The notes: a model not told the origin generated them from the letters alone. A stretch of 64,000 bases of DNA from Bacteroidales bacterium (GCA_038213495.1 JBBQSY010000003.1:2455-66454), one strand, 5' to 3'. Numbered from the stretch's first letter, positions 49,388 through 60,064 are shown. A program made the numbers and translations.

Positions 49388-52300
49388 TCAAAGAATTCCG
49401 GTTACTGAATCAATCAGCACTTTCATCTCTGCCACTTTGGAAAGAATAATTCCGGCATGATTTTTCTGTACATTATCTGCACTAACGATTTGAAAATCAG
49501 CTAAATCAAAGCTGACATTTGTTTCATCATCCGAGAACTGGTATCCATCAGTATTTTTTGATAACTGCATTACCGATTCTCCTTTACGGTGAAACAAGGT
49601 TGTGTTTGCTCCGGTCTTTTTCAGGAAGAAGCCGTTTTCAGTTTGATTGAAGCTTTTTTCAGTCAGGCAAAAACGCGGTTTGTCGCTGAAAGGCGAACCT
49701 TTAGTCGGGCAAAAAGTGGTACAGTTTCCACATTCGTTACAGAAATCAGCCACATTCAGTACCTGGTATTTTTGCTGGATTTTCAGATAACTTTCAATTT
49801 CATAAGACGGTTTACCATCGTTGAATTCAACTTTCCAGACAGGAATTTCAGCTGCCTCAGTATGGTAATAATTGTTGGCCCGATTAGGGCAAACCGTCAC
49901 ACAAACACTGCAAACATCGCCGCAAAACAGGCAACGCGAAGCTTCCCTGATAGCCGATTCGGAAGTAAATACCGGATGATCGCCGGCTATGGAAGAGTGA
50001 ATTTTCTCCCGTTTCGATTTACGGATAATGAAATCGCTGTGCGACATTTTTTTATCCGAAGAAAGCTTTTCCGACGGAAGTACAATTCCTGATTTTGCTG
50101 CAATCTGGATGGCGGCTTTCCGTCCGTCACCAACCGCTTTAACGATGGTAGCTGCTCCTCGCATGGCGTCTCCGCCAACAAAAACACCAGGTATTCCGGT
50201 TTCGTATGAACCCTTCTCCGATCTGAGTTCGGACGAAGAAATAAAATCAATATCAATTTCCTGTCCAAGCGCCGGAATCAAAGTATCTACGGGGAATTCG
50301 ATGAATTCACCTTCAATTTTCACAGGTGTCATCCGTGAATCTTTGTCCGTTTTCACCAGCATCATTTTTGCACAGACGATAGCAGAAACACGGTTTTCAG
50401 TCACCAGCAGTTTTTCGGGTGCAAGTAATTCAAGCAGTTCGACGCCTTCGGCCAGCAGTGCCTTTATTTCGTCTACATCAGCAGGCATTTCGGTACGGGT
50501 GCGACGGTAAAGCACTTTAACCGTGCTACCTGGTTTTGCAATTCGCTTTGCTGTGCGGGCCACATCCATTGCCGTATTGCCACCGCCGATAATAATGATA
50601 TGATTTCCTAATTCGATTGACTTACCCAGTTTTGTATTTTTCAGAAATTCAAAAGCATTCAGAACGCCGCCGGCATTTTCACCGGGCAGTTGCAGGTTTT
50701 TGAAACGCTGCGCACCTGCTGCGATATACACGGAGTCGTATTCGCTGCGCAAACGGGCAAAGAGCCCGGAATCGATTTTCGAATTGTAATGGATTTTTAC
50801 ACCCAGCTTTTCGATACGCTGAATATCCTTTTGAAGGGATTCCATTTTCAAACGGAATTCAGGAATGGCTTCCGAGACCATGCCACCGGGAATGGATTTG
50901 GTTTCGAATATCTCAACTTCGAAACCGCCCATTCGCAGAAAGTATGCACAACTTAAACCCGATGGGCCCGCACCGATGATGCTAACTTTCCGGCCATTGG
51001 GTGCAGCAATGCTGATATCGGCTTCAAATCCTTTTTCGGCAACGAACCGTTTAACTTCCTTTATTTTCAGGGCCTGTTCGTAATTGATGCGGGTGCATTT
51101 GGTCTGGCACAGATGATCGCAGGCTACTCCCAGTATATTTGGGAAAGGATTTTTAATCATAATCACATCAAAGGCTTTCTGAAAATCACCCTGTGAAGTA
51201 TGGTATAAGTATTCTGGAATATCCTGGTTGGTCGGGCATTCGTCCACGCAAGGCGCATGAATGCAATCGAAATAGCTTAGTTGACGGCTTGTTTTGATGC
51301 TTTTGGCAACAAACGGATCACGTTTATAGTCGTCGTTTTTAACAACTTCATCAGCATAGGCATTCAACTTTTCAAGCGCCGGCAATTTATCGGTTTTCTT
51401 ATTTCCCGAAAGGGTTTCAACATACTGATGAAGCCTTCCGTAACCGCCCGGTTTTAATATATCGGAACAAACGGTAACCGGTTTCAAACCACTGTCTATC
51501 AAATCGTTGATATTAAAACAATCGGCACCGCCAGAGAATGAGATGTTCAGTTTTCCCTTAAATTCGTTCTGGAGTTTCCGGGCAACATTAACACTTATAG
51601 GATGCAGCGCCCGGCCGCTCATATACATCATCTCTTCATGAGCGGGAAAAATATTTTTGTGATTGGTGCTTTCGAGTGTATTGGTGAGTTTTACGCCGAA
51701 AAACAAATTTTCATTATTCGCCGTTTGCTGAAGTCTTTGAATAATACCAATGGCATCAACATATTTCAGGTCATGCTCAAATGCGATATCAGGAATTATA
51801 TTTTTGAATTGAAGTTTGTTGTTTAAAATATCACGCAATGCATCTTTCCCCAACAGGGTTGGATTGAGCTTGACCAGTGTATGAAGTTTTTTCTCTTTTA
51901 GCAGGTAGTGCCCGATTTTCTCGATTTCGTCGGGCGGGCAGCCATGCATGGTACTCAGTGTGATATTGTCGGAAATGCAATCCGGAATATTGATGGCAGT
52001 CAGTTCAGGATAAAGCGGCAATAACTCGCTGATCATTTTTTGCTTTGCCTCGCTGCAATCCGACATGCTTTTAAAAAACCATTGCACGTTTTCATTCTGA
52101 ATGCCCTCGAAGTTGTAGCCAATACTCATATTGAATAAAAAACCGCGTTTCTGTTCCTTGTCCCATCCGAATTTATGCTGCAGCACGTGGATGATCACCC
52201 AGGCTTTCAGGTACTCATCGAACGTTTCAGTTATGCGGAGTTCCTGCGACCATTCGCAGTTGTAGCCTTCGTCCTGCATATCGATGCAGGGTTTCGAAAT

Positions 52301-52588
52301 TTCCAGCTCATCCAGGGTCTGTACAGTTTTAAGTTCGATGTAGCTTGCACCGCAAAGCCAGGCCGAAATAATATTCTGAGCCATTTGGGTGTGTGGGCCG
52401 GCAGCTAAACCAATAGGTGTATTCAGGTGTTGTCCGAAGATTTCCATGGAAAGTCCATTGTGCTTTTCAGGATTGAAGAACAATTCCTGTGGAAGGCCAA
52501 AAATTTCTTTACGTAAAGAGAATTCCGTATCAATCAAATTATAGAGTTGGCCGGCAGAAACAGGCGAAAATGCTGTGGAATGGTCCAT
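49388..52588 (-). CDS. ygfK: YgfK-family flavo-Fe-S oxidoreductase
   Basis: GLAAGPHTQMAQNI, LSTMHGCPP, GAGPSG, GGGNTAMD and two C-terminal ferredoxin Cys clusters. ATG at 52588 avoids overlap with the divergent gene. Confidence 0.9.
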   Translation of the reverse strand: MDHSTAFSPVSAGQLYNLIDTEFSLRKEIFGLPQELFFNPEKHNGLSMEIFGQHLNTPIGLAAGPHTQMAQNIISAWLCGASYIELKTVQTLDELEISKPCIDMQDEGYNCEWSQELRITETFDEYLKAWVIIHVLQHKFGWDKEQKRGFLFNMSIGYNFEGIQNENVQWFFKSMSDCSEAKQKMISELLPLYPELTAINIPDCISDNITLSTMHGCPPDEIEKIGHYLLKEKKLHTLVKLNPTLLGKDALRDILNNKLQFKNIIPDIAFEHDLKYVDAIGIIQRLQQTANNENLFFGVKLTNTLESTNHKNIFPAHEEMMYMSGRALHPISVNVARKLQNEFKGKLNISFSGGADCFNINDLIDSGLKPVTVCSDILKPGGYGRLHQYVETLSGNKKTDKLPALEKLNAYADEVVKNDDYKRDPFVAKSIKTSRQLSYFDCIHAPCVDECPTNQDIPEYLYHTSQGDFQKAFDVIMIKNPFPNILGVACDHLCQTKCTRINYEQALKIKEVKRFVAEKGFEADISIAAPNGRKVSIIGAGPSGLSCAYFLRMGGFEVEIFETKSIPGGMVSEAIPEFRLKMESLQKDIQRIEKLGVKIHYNSKIDSGLFARLRSEYDSVYIAAGAQRFKNLQLPGENAGGVLNAFEFLKNTKLGKSIELGNHIIIIGGGNTAMDVARTAKRIAKPGSTVKVLYRRTRTEMPADVDEIKALLAEGVELLELLAPEKLLVTENRVSAIVCAKMMLVKTDKDSRMTPVKIEGEFIEFPVDTLIPALGQEIDIDFISSSELRSEKGSYETGIPGVFVGGDAMRGAATIVKAVGDGRKAAIQIAAKSGIVLPSEKLSSDKKMSHSDFIIRKSKREKIHSSIAGDHPVFTSESAIREASRCLFCGDVCSVCVTVCPNRANNYYHTEAAEIPVWKVEFNDGKPSYEIESYLKIQQKYQVLNVADFCNECGNCTTFCPTKGSPFSDKPRFCLTEKSFNQTENGFFLKKTGANTTLFHRKGESVMQLSKNTDGYQFSDDETNVSFDLADFQIVSADNVQKNHAGIILSKVAEMKVLIDSVTGIL

Positions 52589-52642
52589 TTGGTAAAGTAA
52601 GTTTAGTAATTTTAGCGATTGTAAAAGTAGAAAATAAATGGA

Positions 52643-53248
52643 ATGAAAAAAGCCTTTTACGCACATACATCATGTATCATCCTTTCGGCGGGCAGTTCAG
52701 CCAGAATGGGTATGAATAAAGCGTTGCTTAAATTTGATGAAGATAATACTTTCATCCGGAAAATCACGGAAACATACCTGCTGGCAGGCATTGATCAGAT
52801 AATCGTAGTTGTGAATACCGAATTATATAAATTGATCAACGAAAATAAACCTGCTCTTCCGGAAACAGTTAAATTGGTCATTAATGACAAACCTGAACTG
52901 GGCCGTTTTTATTCATTACAAACAGGTATAAATCACGTAAAAACAGGCAATTACTGCTTTTTTCAAAATATTGATAATCCGTTTACATCGGTGAAACTAT
53001 TGCAGGAATTGATAATCTTTAAAGCAGAAGCTGATGTGATAATGCCGGCTTTCCAGGGCAGGACAGGCCATCCCGTGTTAATCAGCCCTTTGGTAGTGCA
53101 TAAAATATTTTCTGAACAGGATGCCGGCAAAAGGATAGATCTGTTTCTTAAAAAATTGAATGTAAAGTTAATAGAGACATCAGATCAAAATATCCTGGTG
53201 AATATTAATTCGCAGGAAGACTACCTGCAACTTGGGGCGAGTATATAA
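52643..53248 (+). CDS. MobA/MocA-like molybdenum cofactor nucleotidyltransferase
   Basis: IILSAGSSARMGMNKALL, GHPVL and NINSQEDY motifs; divergent from the molybdoenzyme cluster. Confidence 0.8.
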   Translation: MKKAFYAHTSCIILSAGSSARMGMNKALLKFDEDNTFIRKITETYLLAGIDQIIVVVNTELYKLINENKPALPETVKLVINDKPELGRFYSLQTGINHVKTGNYCFFQNIDNPFTSVKLLQELIIFKAEADVIMPAFQGRTGHPVLISPLVVHKIFSEQDAGKRIDLFLKKLNVKLIETSDQNILVNINSQEDYLQLGASI

Positions 53249-53599
53249 TTTTGACTTTTAGCTTTATTGTGAAGCGATTAAATATCAGGATTGTAAACTT
53301 TTTATGAAATGTATTACGCCTGATTAATGCCAGAACTTCCTGTCTTTTTAACTTATACATTTATATTCCATTAAATCGAATAAATATACATACATACAAA
53401 TTGTGCAATATAAAAATTTCAAATACACAATTACACAATTAACATGTAAATACCTGAAAAATAACAGTATATGTTATTCCGCCTCAGTTTCCCCCGCTAA
53501 GTAAATTACTTAAAAACACATAAAACAAGCTGAAAACCTGTATAAAATGTTGAGCATATAAAAATAGGCCTTAATTTTGCACTCACAAACACAAATTGT

Positions 53600-53671
53600 A
53601 TGTCAGGCATATTTTCGACCAGCATTATCAGCCTCCTCGTCCTCCTCCTTTGGAATCGCCGGGTGGGTTAG
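53600..53671 (+). CDS. ilv operon leader peptide MSGIFSTSIISLLVLLLWNRRVG
   Basis: 23-aa ORF with an IISLLVLLL run, lying between a taattttg -7 box (53572) and a terminator upstream of ilvD. Confidence 0.8.
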   Translation: MSGIFSTSIISLLVLLLWNRRVG

Positions 53672-53701
53672 GAATGCTGTTTGTATAAACATAAAAAACA
53701 G

Positions 53702-53736
53702 AAAGCCTCTCTCACTTGAACTGAGAGGGGCTTTTT
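53702..53736 (+). terminator. Attenuator terminator of the ilv leader
   Basis: aaagcctctctca-cttgaac-tgagaggggcttttt. Confidence 0.85.
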
Positions 53737-53894
53737 GATGTAAGGACATCACTTTAAAAAACGAATTTTGAACCGTATCAATCATTATTTAAAGGAAAAG
53801 TGTTTAATAATAGTAGTTTAAATGTTTTTAAACTGCGACCAGATTAAAAATAAAATTTGTTTTCAAAGCACAATTAAAATCTAACTAAATACTA

Positions 53895-55724
53895 ATGCAG
53901 ATCCCACTCCGTAGCGATACATCCACCAAAGGCCGTAAAATGGCTGGAGCCCGCAGCCTTTGGCGTGCAAACGGCATGAAGGAAGAACAATTTGGCAAAC
54001 CGCTTATTGCAATTGCTAATTCGTTCACACAGTTTGTGCCTGGGCATGCGCATTTGCATTCAATCGGGCAACATGTTAAAGGTCTTATTGAAGCACAGGG
54101 GTGTTTTGCCGCCGAGTTTAATACCATTGCCATCGACGATGGAATTGCCATGGGCCACGATGGAATGTTGTATTCATTGCCTTCGCGCGACCTGATTGCC
54201 GACAGCGTGGAATATATGGTTAATGCGCATAAAGCGGATGCCCTTATCTGCATCAGCAATTGTGATAAAATAACTCCAGGTATGCTTATGGCTGCCATGA
54301 GGTTAAATGTCCCCGTCATTTTCGTTTCAGGTGGACCTATGGAAGCCGGTATTATGGGCGATCGCAAGCTCGATCTGGTGGATGCCATGGTTATGGGTGC
54401 CGACGAAAGCGTAAGTGACGCTGACCTGGCGAAAGCAGAACAAGCGGCTTGCCCTACCTGTGGTTCATGCTCCGGAATGTTTACAGCCAACAGTATGAAC
54501 TGCCTTACCGAAGCATTGGGTTTATCTTTACCTGGCAATGGAACCGTTGTTGCCACGCATGCCAACAGGCTAAAGCTTTTCGAAAAAGCAGCCGGACGCA
54601 TTGTTGAAATGGCCCGTGAATATTACGATAAGGGTAATGAAAACGTTTTGCCCCGCAAAATCGCTTCTAAAATTGCTTTCCTGAATGCCATGACACTGGA
54701 TATTGCCATGGGCGGTTCAACCAATACTGTTCTTCACCTTCTTGCTATCGCACATGAAGCCGGAGTGGATTTTACCATGAAGGATATCGATGAGCTTTCG
54801 CGTAAAACGCCGAATCTCTGTAAAGTTTCACCCAGTTCGAATTATCATGTGGAAGATGTTAACCGGGCAGGGGGAATCCTGTCGCTGATGGGCGAACTGA
54901 ACCGGGCGAACCTTTTAGATACTACAGCTTACAGGGTTGATGGTTTAACTTTGGAGCAAGCCATTACTGATTTTGATATTGTAAGCAGTGAAGTTACCGC
55001 CGAGGCTCTCGATATATTCAGCAGCGCGCCTGCACATAGAATCAACCTGGTAATGGGATCGCAGACTACCCGTTATTTAAAACTGGATGATGACCGGGTT
55101 TCGGGATGCATCCGCAGTGCCGAAAATGCATATTATAAGGATGGCGGATTAGCTGTTCTGTATGGAAATATTGCCACAAAAGGGAGTATTGTAAAAACTG
55201 CAGGCGTTGATCCTTCATTGTATCATTTCGAAGGCCTTGCCAGGGTATTTGAATCGCAGGACGATGCCGTTAACGGAATATTAAATGGTAAGGTTAATGA
55301 GGGAGATGTTGTGGTGATCCGCTACGAGGGACCGAAAGGCGGCCCCGGAATGCAGGAGATGCTTTACCCGACTTCGTACCTGAAAACATTGAAACTGGAT
55401 AAAGACTGCGCGTTAATTACGGATGGACGTTTTTCGGGAGGCACCTCCGGGCTTTCCATAGGCCACGTTTCGCCCGAAGCTGCTGCCGGGGGCGAGATAG
55501 CACTTATAAATGACAACGATAAAATTGTTATTGATATTGCTTCCCGCTCCATCCATCTGAGCATAAGTGATGAAGAATTAAAAATCCGAAAAGATAACGA
55601 AGCGCTCCGGGCAAAAGATGCTTATTCGCCCAAATCGAGAAAAAGAGTAATCTCGACAGCTTTGAAAATATATGCAAAACACGTTTCTTCGGCCGATACA
55701 GGCGCTGTACGGTTGATAGAATAG
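53895..55724 (+). CDS. ilvD: Dihydroxy-acid dehydratase
   Basis: [43 protein letters not shown] and TDGRFSG motifs. Confidence 0.97.
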   Translation: MQIPLRSDTSTKGRKMAGARSLWRANGMKEEQFGKPLIAIANSFTQFVPGHAHLHSIGQHVKGLIEAQGCFAAEFNTIAIDDGIAMGHDGMLYSLPSRDLIADSVEYMVNAHKADALICISNCDKITPGMLMAAMRLNVPVIFVSGGPMEAGIMGDRKLDLVDAMVMGADESVSDADLAKAEQAACPTCGSCSGMFTANSMNCLTEALGLSLPGNGTVVATHANRLKLFEKAAGRIVEMAREYYDKGNENVLPRKIASKIAFLNAMTLDIAMGGSTNTVLHLLAIAHEAGVDFTMKDIDELSRKTPNLCKVSPSSNYHVEDVNRAGGILSLMGELNRANLLDTTAYRVDGLTLEQAITDFDIVSSEVTAEALDIFSSAPAHRINLVMGSQTTRYLKLDDDRVSGCIRSAENAYYKDGGLAVLYGNIATKGSIVKTAGVDPSLYHFEGLARVFESQDDAVNGILNGKVNEGDVVVIRYEGPKGGPGMQEMLYPTSYLKTLKLDKDCALITDGRFSGGTSGLSIGHVSPEAAAGGEIALINDNDKIVIDIASRSIHLSISDEELKIRKDNEALRAKDAYSPKSRKRVISTALKIYAKHVSSADTGAVRLIE

Positions 55725-55820
55725 CAAAAAACAGAAATTAGCTCAGATCCGGAACTCTCTTGTATACATCTGAATGTTTTAAAAAATTAATCCATTGAAT
55801 CAAAATCAACAGACCTAATT

Positions 55821-57569
55821 ATGACGACTAAAGAAAAAGAAACCCGCAGATCCCAGCAGCAAGATGATGAAATTACAGGTAGCGAAGCTGTTATCAGATC
55901 GTTGATTGCTGAAGGTGCAGAAGTTATATTCGGGTATCCTGGTGGAGCGATTATGCCGGTTTACGATGCATTGTACGATTACCGCAATGTATTACACCAT
56001 ATTTTAACCCGACATGAGCAGGGCGCGGTACATGCTGCCCAGGGTTATGCGCGGGTCACAGGTAAAGTAGGCGTCTGCATTGCCACTTCCGGTCCCGGCG
56101 CCACCAACCTGATGACCGGGATTGCAGATGCCCAGATTGATTCAACACCTTTGGTTTGTATCACCGGCCAGGTTATTTCAGGTTTACTCGGAACGGATGC
56201 TTTCCAGGAATCGGATGTTATTGGGCTCTCCATGCCGGTTACCAAATGGAACTTCCAAATCACTACTGCGGAAGATATTCCTGAAGCTATTGCAAAGGCT
56301 TTTTATATAGCTGCATCCGGACGACCCGGACCGGTTTTGCTCGACATTACAAAAGATGCACAGTTTGGCAAGTTAAAATACAAGTATGCCAAATGCCACA
56401 AGATCCGGAGTTATGTTCCTGAATATCCTGTAAATAATGAGAAATTAACCCAGGCAAGCGAACTGATCAACAATGCAAAAAAGCCTTTCCTGATTTTCGG
56501 ACAAGGTATTATGCTGGGCGAAGCCGAAAAAGAACTCAAAAATTTTATTGATAAAACCGGTATCCCCGCTGCCTGGACTCTGCTGGGGCTTTCCGCCTTA
56601 AACAGCGATCACCCGCTCAATGTCGGGATGTTGGGTATGCATGGCAATTATGGACCGAACATTAAAACAAACGAATGTGATCTGCTGATAGCAGTTGGAA
56701 TGAGGTTTGACGACCGGGTTACAGGAACGCTGAAAACGTATGCTAAGCAGGCGAAAATAATTCATATCGAAATTGATCCGGCCGAGATCAATAAAAACGT
56801 AAAAACGGATGTCGCATTACTGGGTGATGCCAAAAAAATACTGAGTCTTTTAACACGCAGTGTTAATCCAAATCAACACGAAGAATGGGTTAACGAGTTC
56901 CGTATCGCACACGAAATTGAGGAAAAGAAAGTTATACATTCCGATTTATATCCTGAAAAACCTGGTCTCACCATGGGTGAAGTAGTCCGCCGTGTATCGG
57001 AGTACACCAAAAATAAAGCGGTCATTGTTTCGGATGTGGGTCAGCACCAGATGTCGGCAGCGCGTTATTCCAAATTTAAACACACACGCAGTCATATCAC
57101 TTCAGGTGGGCTAGGCACCATGGGCTATGGTTTACCGGCTGCCATTGGAGCCAAACTGGGAGAACCCAAACGCGAGGTGGTTGTTTTTTCCGGCGACGGG
57201 GGCTTTCAAATGACCATACAGGAGCTTGGAACCATAGCACAGGAGAAACTGGCAATAAAAATGGTGATCCTCAATAACCATTTCCTCGGAATGGTGCGGC
57301 AATGGCAGGAACTGTTCTTTGAAAAAAGATACTCATTTACGGAAATCCTAAGTCCTGATTTTGTAAAAGTGGCTGATGCCTATGGCATTCCGGGAAACCT
57401 GGTGTCGTCACGCGATAAGCTTGATGAAGCCATCAGGGTTATGTTCGAAACCGAAGGCCCGTATTTACTTGAGGTAAATATCGAGAAAGAGGACAATGTC
57501 TTTCCAATGGTGCCTTCAGGAGCATCAGTTTCTGACATACTGCTGAGTCCGGCAGATGCAGTTAAATAG
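55821..57569 (+). CDS. ilvB: Acetolactate synthase large subunit
   Basis: FGYPGG, RHEQGA, TSGPGATN, RFDDRV, GDGG..NN and GMVRQWQ motifs. Confidence 0.96.
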   Translation: MTTKEKETRRSQQQDDEITGSEAVIRSLIAEGAEVIFGYPGGAIMPVYDALYDYRNVLHHILTRHEQGAVHAAQGYARVTGKVGVCIATSGPGATNLMTGIADAQIDSTPLVCITGQVISGLLGTDAFQESDVIGLSMPVTKWNFQITTAEDIPEAIAKAFYIAASGRPGPVLLDITKDAQFGKLKYKYAKCHKIRSYVPEYPVNNEKLTQASELINNAKKPFLIFGQGIMLGEAEKELKNFIDKTGIPAAWTLLGLSALNSDHPLNVGMLGMHGNYGPNIKTNECDLLIAVGMRFDDRVTGTLKTYAKQAKIIHIEIDPAEINKNVKTDVALLGDAKKILSLLTRSVNPNQHEEWVNEFRIAHEIEEKKVIHSDLYPEKPGLTMGEVVRRVSEYTKNKAVIVSDVGQHQMSAARYSKFKHTRSHITSGGLGTMGYGLPAAIGAKLGEPKREVVVFSGDGGFQMTIQELGTIAQEKLAIKMVILNNHFLGMVRQWQELFFEKRYSFTEILSPDFVKVADAYGIPGNLVSSRDKLDEAIRVMFETEGPYLLEVNIEKEDNVFPMVPSGASVSDILLSPADAVK

Positions 57570-57596
57570 ATGTTAAACACCCTAATTACCGAAAAG

Positions 57597-58163
57597 ATGA
57601 AACAGGAATATATTATATCAGCGTACAGCGAGAACCATATCGGTTTGCTAAACCGCATCACTATCATATTTACCCGTCGAAAAGTTAACATCGAAAGCCT
57701 TACCGTTTCAGAATCAGCCCTCAAGGGGATTTCCAAATTTACTATCGTGGTAAACGAAACCAAAGATAAGGTAAGCAATATCGTAAAACAGATTGATAAG
57801 CAGGTTGAAGTGCTAAAGGCTTTTTATCATACCAACGAGGAGATGATTTTCCAGGAAATTGCTTTGTATAAAGTGCCGACAGCACCTATCATGGAGAGTG
57901 ATCAGATCGAAAGACTGATCCGCAGCCACAATGCCAGGATACTCGAAATAACTCCTGAATATACTGTAATTGAAAAAACGGGCCACAAGGAAGAAACCCA
58001 GGAATTATTCACAAAGCTTAACCAATTCGGCGTTTTGCAGTTCATTCGCTCGGGAAGGATTGCAATAACCCGTTCGCCAATCGAAAAGCTATCTGAATTT
58101 TTAAAAGAAAGAGACGCACTTTTAGCAAAAGTTGAATCCAAGGGCAAGATCAGAAAGGTGTAA
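57597..58163 (+). CDS. ilvN: Acetolactate synthase small subunit, copy 1
   Basis: ACT domain ENHIGLLNRITIIFTRRKVNIESLTV; QEIALYK and RSGRIA motifs. Confidence 0.93.
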   Translation: MKQEYIISAYSENHIGLLNRITIIFTRRKVNIESLTVSESALKGISKFTIVVNETKDKVSNIVKQIDKQVEVLKAFYHTNEEMIFQEIALYKVPTAPIMESDQIERLIRSHNARILEITPEYTVIEKTGHKEETQELFTKLNQFGVLQFIRSGRIAITRSPIEKLSEFLKERDALLAKVESKGKIRKV

Positions 58164-58191
58164 AGCCTGAATTATTCAAAGGAAAACCGGG

Positions 58192-58761
58192 ATGAAAAAA
58201 GAGTTTATAATTACAGCGTACAGTGAAAACCATATTGGCATTACCAATCGTATAACCATTATTTTTTCGCGTCGGCAGGTGAATATCGAAAGCCTGACAG
58301 GATCGGAGTCCGCCTTGCCGGGAATTCACAAAATAGTGATAGTTGTAAACGAAGAAGAAGAGAAAATTAAAAACATAGTAAAACAAATAGATAAGATAAC
58401 GGACGTCCTGAAAGCTTTTTATCATACCGAAGAAGAGATGATATACCAGGAAATTGCTTTGTATAAGGTGCCCACAAAAGCACTGATGGAAAGCGATGAA
58501 ATTGAAAAACTGATCCGGACCTATAACGCGCGAATCCTGGAAATTACCCCGGAATATACCGTGATTGAAAAAACCGGTCATAAAGAGGAGACGCAGGACC
58601 TGTTCACGAAACTTAATAAGTTTGGAGTTCTTCAGTTTATCCGTTCGGGAAGAATTGCAATAACCCGCTCCCGTATCGAAAAGCTTTCAGAATTCCTGAA
58701 AGAAAGAGATGCGCTGCTTTTAAAAGTGGAGTCGCGCGGAAAGGCAAGGGCTGCTTTTTAA
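58192..58761 (+). CDS. ilvN: Acetolactate synthase small subunit, copy 2
   Basis: ACT domain ENHIGITNRITIIFSRRQVNIESLTG; C-terminal half almost identical in amino acids to copy 1. Confidence 0.93.
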   Translation: MKKEFIITAYSENHIGITNRITIIFSRRQVNIESLTGSESALPGIHKIVIVVNEEEEKIKNIVKQIDKITDVLKAFYHTEEEMIYQEIALYKVPTKALMESDEIEKLIRTYNARILEITPEYTVIEKTGHKEETQDLFTKLNKFGVLQFIRSGRIAITRSRIEKLSEFLKERDALLLKVESRGKARAAF

Positions 58762-58816
58762 GAAAAGCAGCAAAATTGTAAAAACAATAGTAAGTATAAC
58801 AATCAAATTATAAACA

Positions 58817-59863
58817 ATGGCAAAAATTAAATTTGGATCAACAGTTGAAAATGTAGTAACCCGCGAAGAGTTTCCTTTGGCGAAAGCATTGGAAACCCTC
58901 AAAAATGAAACCATCGCTATAATCGGTTATGGTGTTCAGGGCCCCGGTCAGTCGCTGAATCTCCGCGATAATGGTTTTAATGTAATCATCGGTCAGCGTA
59001 AAGGTTCCAAATCGTGGGACAAAGCGGTTAGCGACGGATGGGTGCCGGGAAATACGCTTTTCGAAATTGAAGAAGCCTGCCAGCGTGGTACCATTATTCA
59101 ATTTCTTTTGTCCGATGCCGGTCAGATCGCATTGTGGCCTACCGTAAAGAAGAATCTTACTGCAGGCAAAGCGCTTTATTTTTCGCATGGTTTTGGTATC
59201 ACTTACAAGGAACGCACCGGAATTATTCCTCCTGCTGACGTCGATGTTATCCTGGTTGCACCCAAAGGTTCAGGCACCAGTCTCAGGCGGATGTTCCTTC
59301 AGGGCCGCGGGCTGAATTCGAGCTATGCTATTTTCCAGGATGCTACCGGTCGCGCATTCGACCGGGTTGTCGCACTGGGAATCGGGGTAGGATCAGGTTA
59401 TCTGTTCGAAACCGATTTTAAAAAAGAAGTTTTCTCCGACCTAACCGGCGAACGTGGCACACTGATGGGAGCCATACAGGGAATTTTTGCCGCTCAATAC
59501 GATGTTTTACGTAGCAAGGGGCATTCTCCTTCCGAAGCTTTCAACGAAACCGTTGAAGAGTTAACACAAAGTCTTATGCCGCTGGTAGCAGAAAACGGAA
59601 TGGATTGGATGTATGCCAACTGCTCAACCACCGCACAACGCGGGGCACTCGACTGGTGGAAGAAATTCCGTGATGCAACCAAACCAGTGTTCGAAGAATT
59701 GTACAACGAAGTCGCCAGCGGAAATGAAGCACAACTTTCGATCGATTCCAACAGTAAACCCGATTACCGTGAAAAGCTCGAAGTGGAGCTTAAGGAACTT
59801 CGCGAATTGGAAATGTGGGTGGCAGGGGCTGCCGTACGGAAATTGAGGCCGGAAAACAATTAA
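58817..59863 (+). CDS. ilvC: Ketol-acid reductoisomerase
   Basis: IGYGVQG, SHGFG, APKG, SDLTGERG and NCSTTAQRG motifs. Confidence 0.96.
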   Translation: MAKIKFGSTVENVVTREEFPLAKALETLKNETIAIIGYGVQGPGQSLNLRDNGFNVIIGQRKGSKSWDKAVSDGWVPGNTLFEIEEACQRGTIIQFLLSDAGQIALWPTVKKNLTAGKALYFSHGFGITYKERTGIIPPADVDVILVAPKGSGTSLRRMFLQGRGLNSSYAIFQDATGRAFDRVVALGIGVGSGYLFETDFKKEVFSDLTGERGTLMGAIQGIFAAQYDVLRSKGHSPSEAFNETVEELTQSLMPLVAENGMDWMYANCSTTAQRGALDWWKKFRDATKPVFEELYNEVASGNEAQLSIDSNSKPDYREKLEVELKELRELEMWVAGAAVRKLRPENN

Positions 59864-59868
59864 ATCAG

Positions 59869-60064
59869 GTAGAGACGCGATTCATCGCGTCTGTACCTGT
59901 TCATAATGGAAATATTCCAGATTGAGCCGCGATTCATCGCGTCTCTACCCTTTCAAAGCCGCGATTCATCGCGTCTGTACCCTTTCAAAGCCGCGATTCA
60001 TCGCATCTGTACCTGTTCATAATGGAAATATTCCAGATTGAGACGCGATGCATCGCGTCTGTAC
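59869..60064. repeat. Array of five GTAG-type REP palindromes with two recurring linkers
   Basis: Unit (gtagagac/gcc)gcgattcatcgcgtctgtac. Linkers ctgttcataatggaaatattccagattga (twice) and cctttcaaa (twice). Confidence 0.88.

Noticed and set aside
43917-52588. Selenocysteine (UGA) recoding in xdh or ygfK
   Set aside because: Both ORFs are uninterrupted; any selenium dependence would be a cofactor ligand and cannot be seen in this sequence.
53603-53785. 60-aa minus-strand ORF
   Set aside because: It is the antisense shadow of the ilv leader peptide and terminator.
57597-58761. ilvN duplication as an assembly artefact
   Set aside because: The copies differ at many synonymous sites and in the ACT domain, which an artefactual duplication would not produce.
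59869-60064. Possible CRISPR array
   Set aside because: The spacers are repeated and of two very different lengths (9 and ~29 bp), the units are GTAG-REP palindromes, and no cas genes are present.
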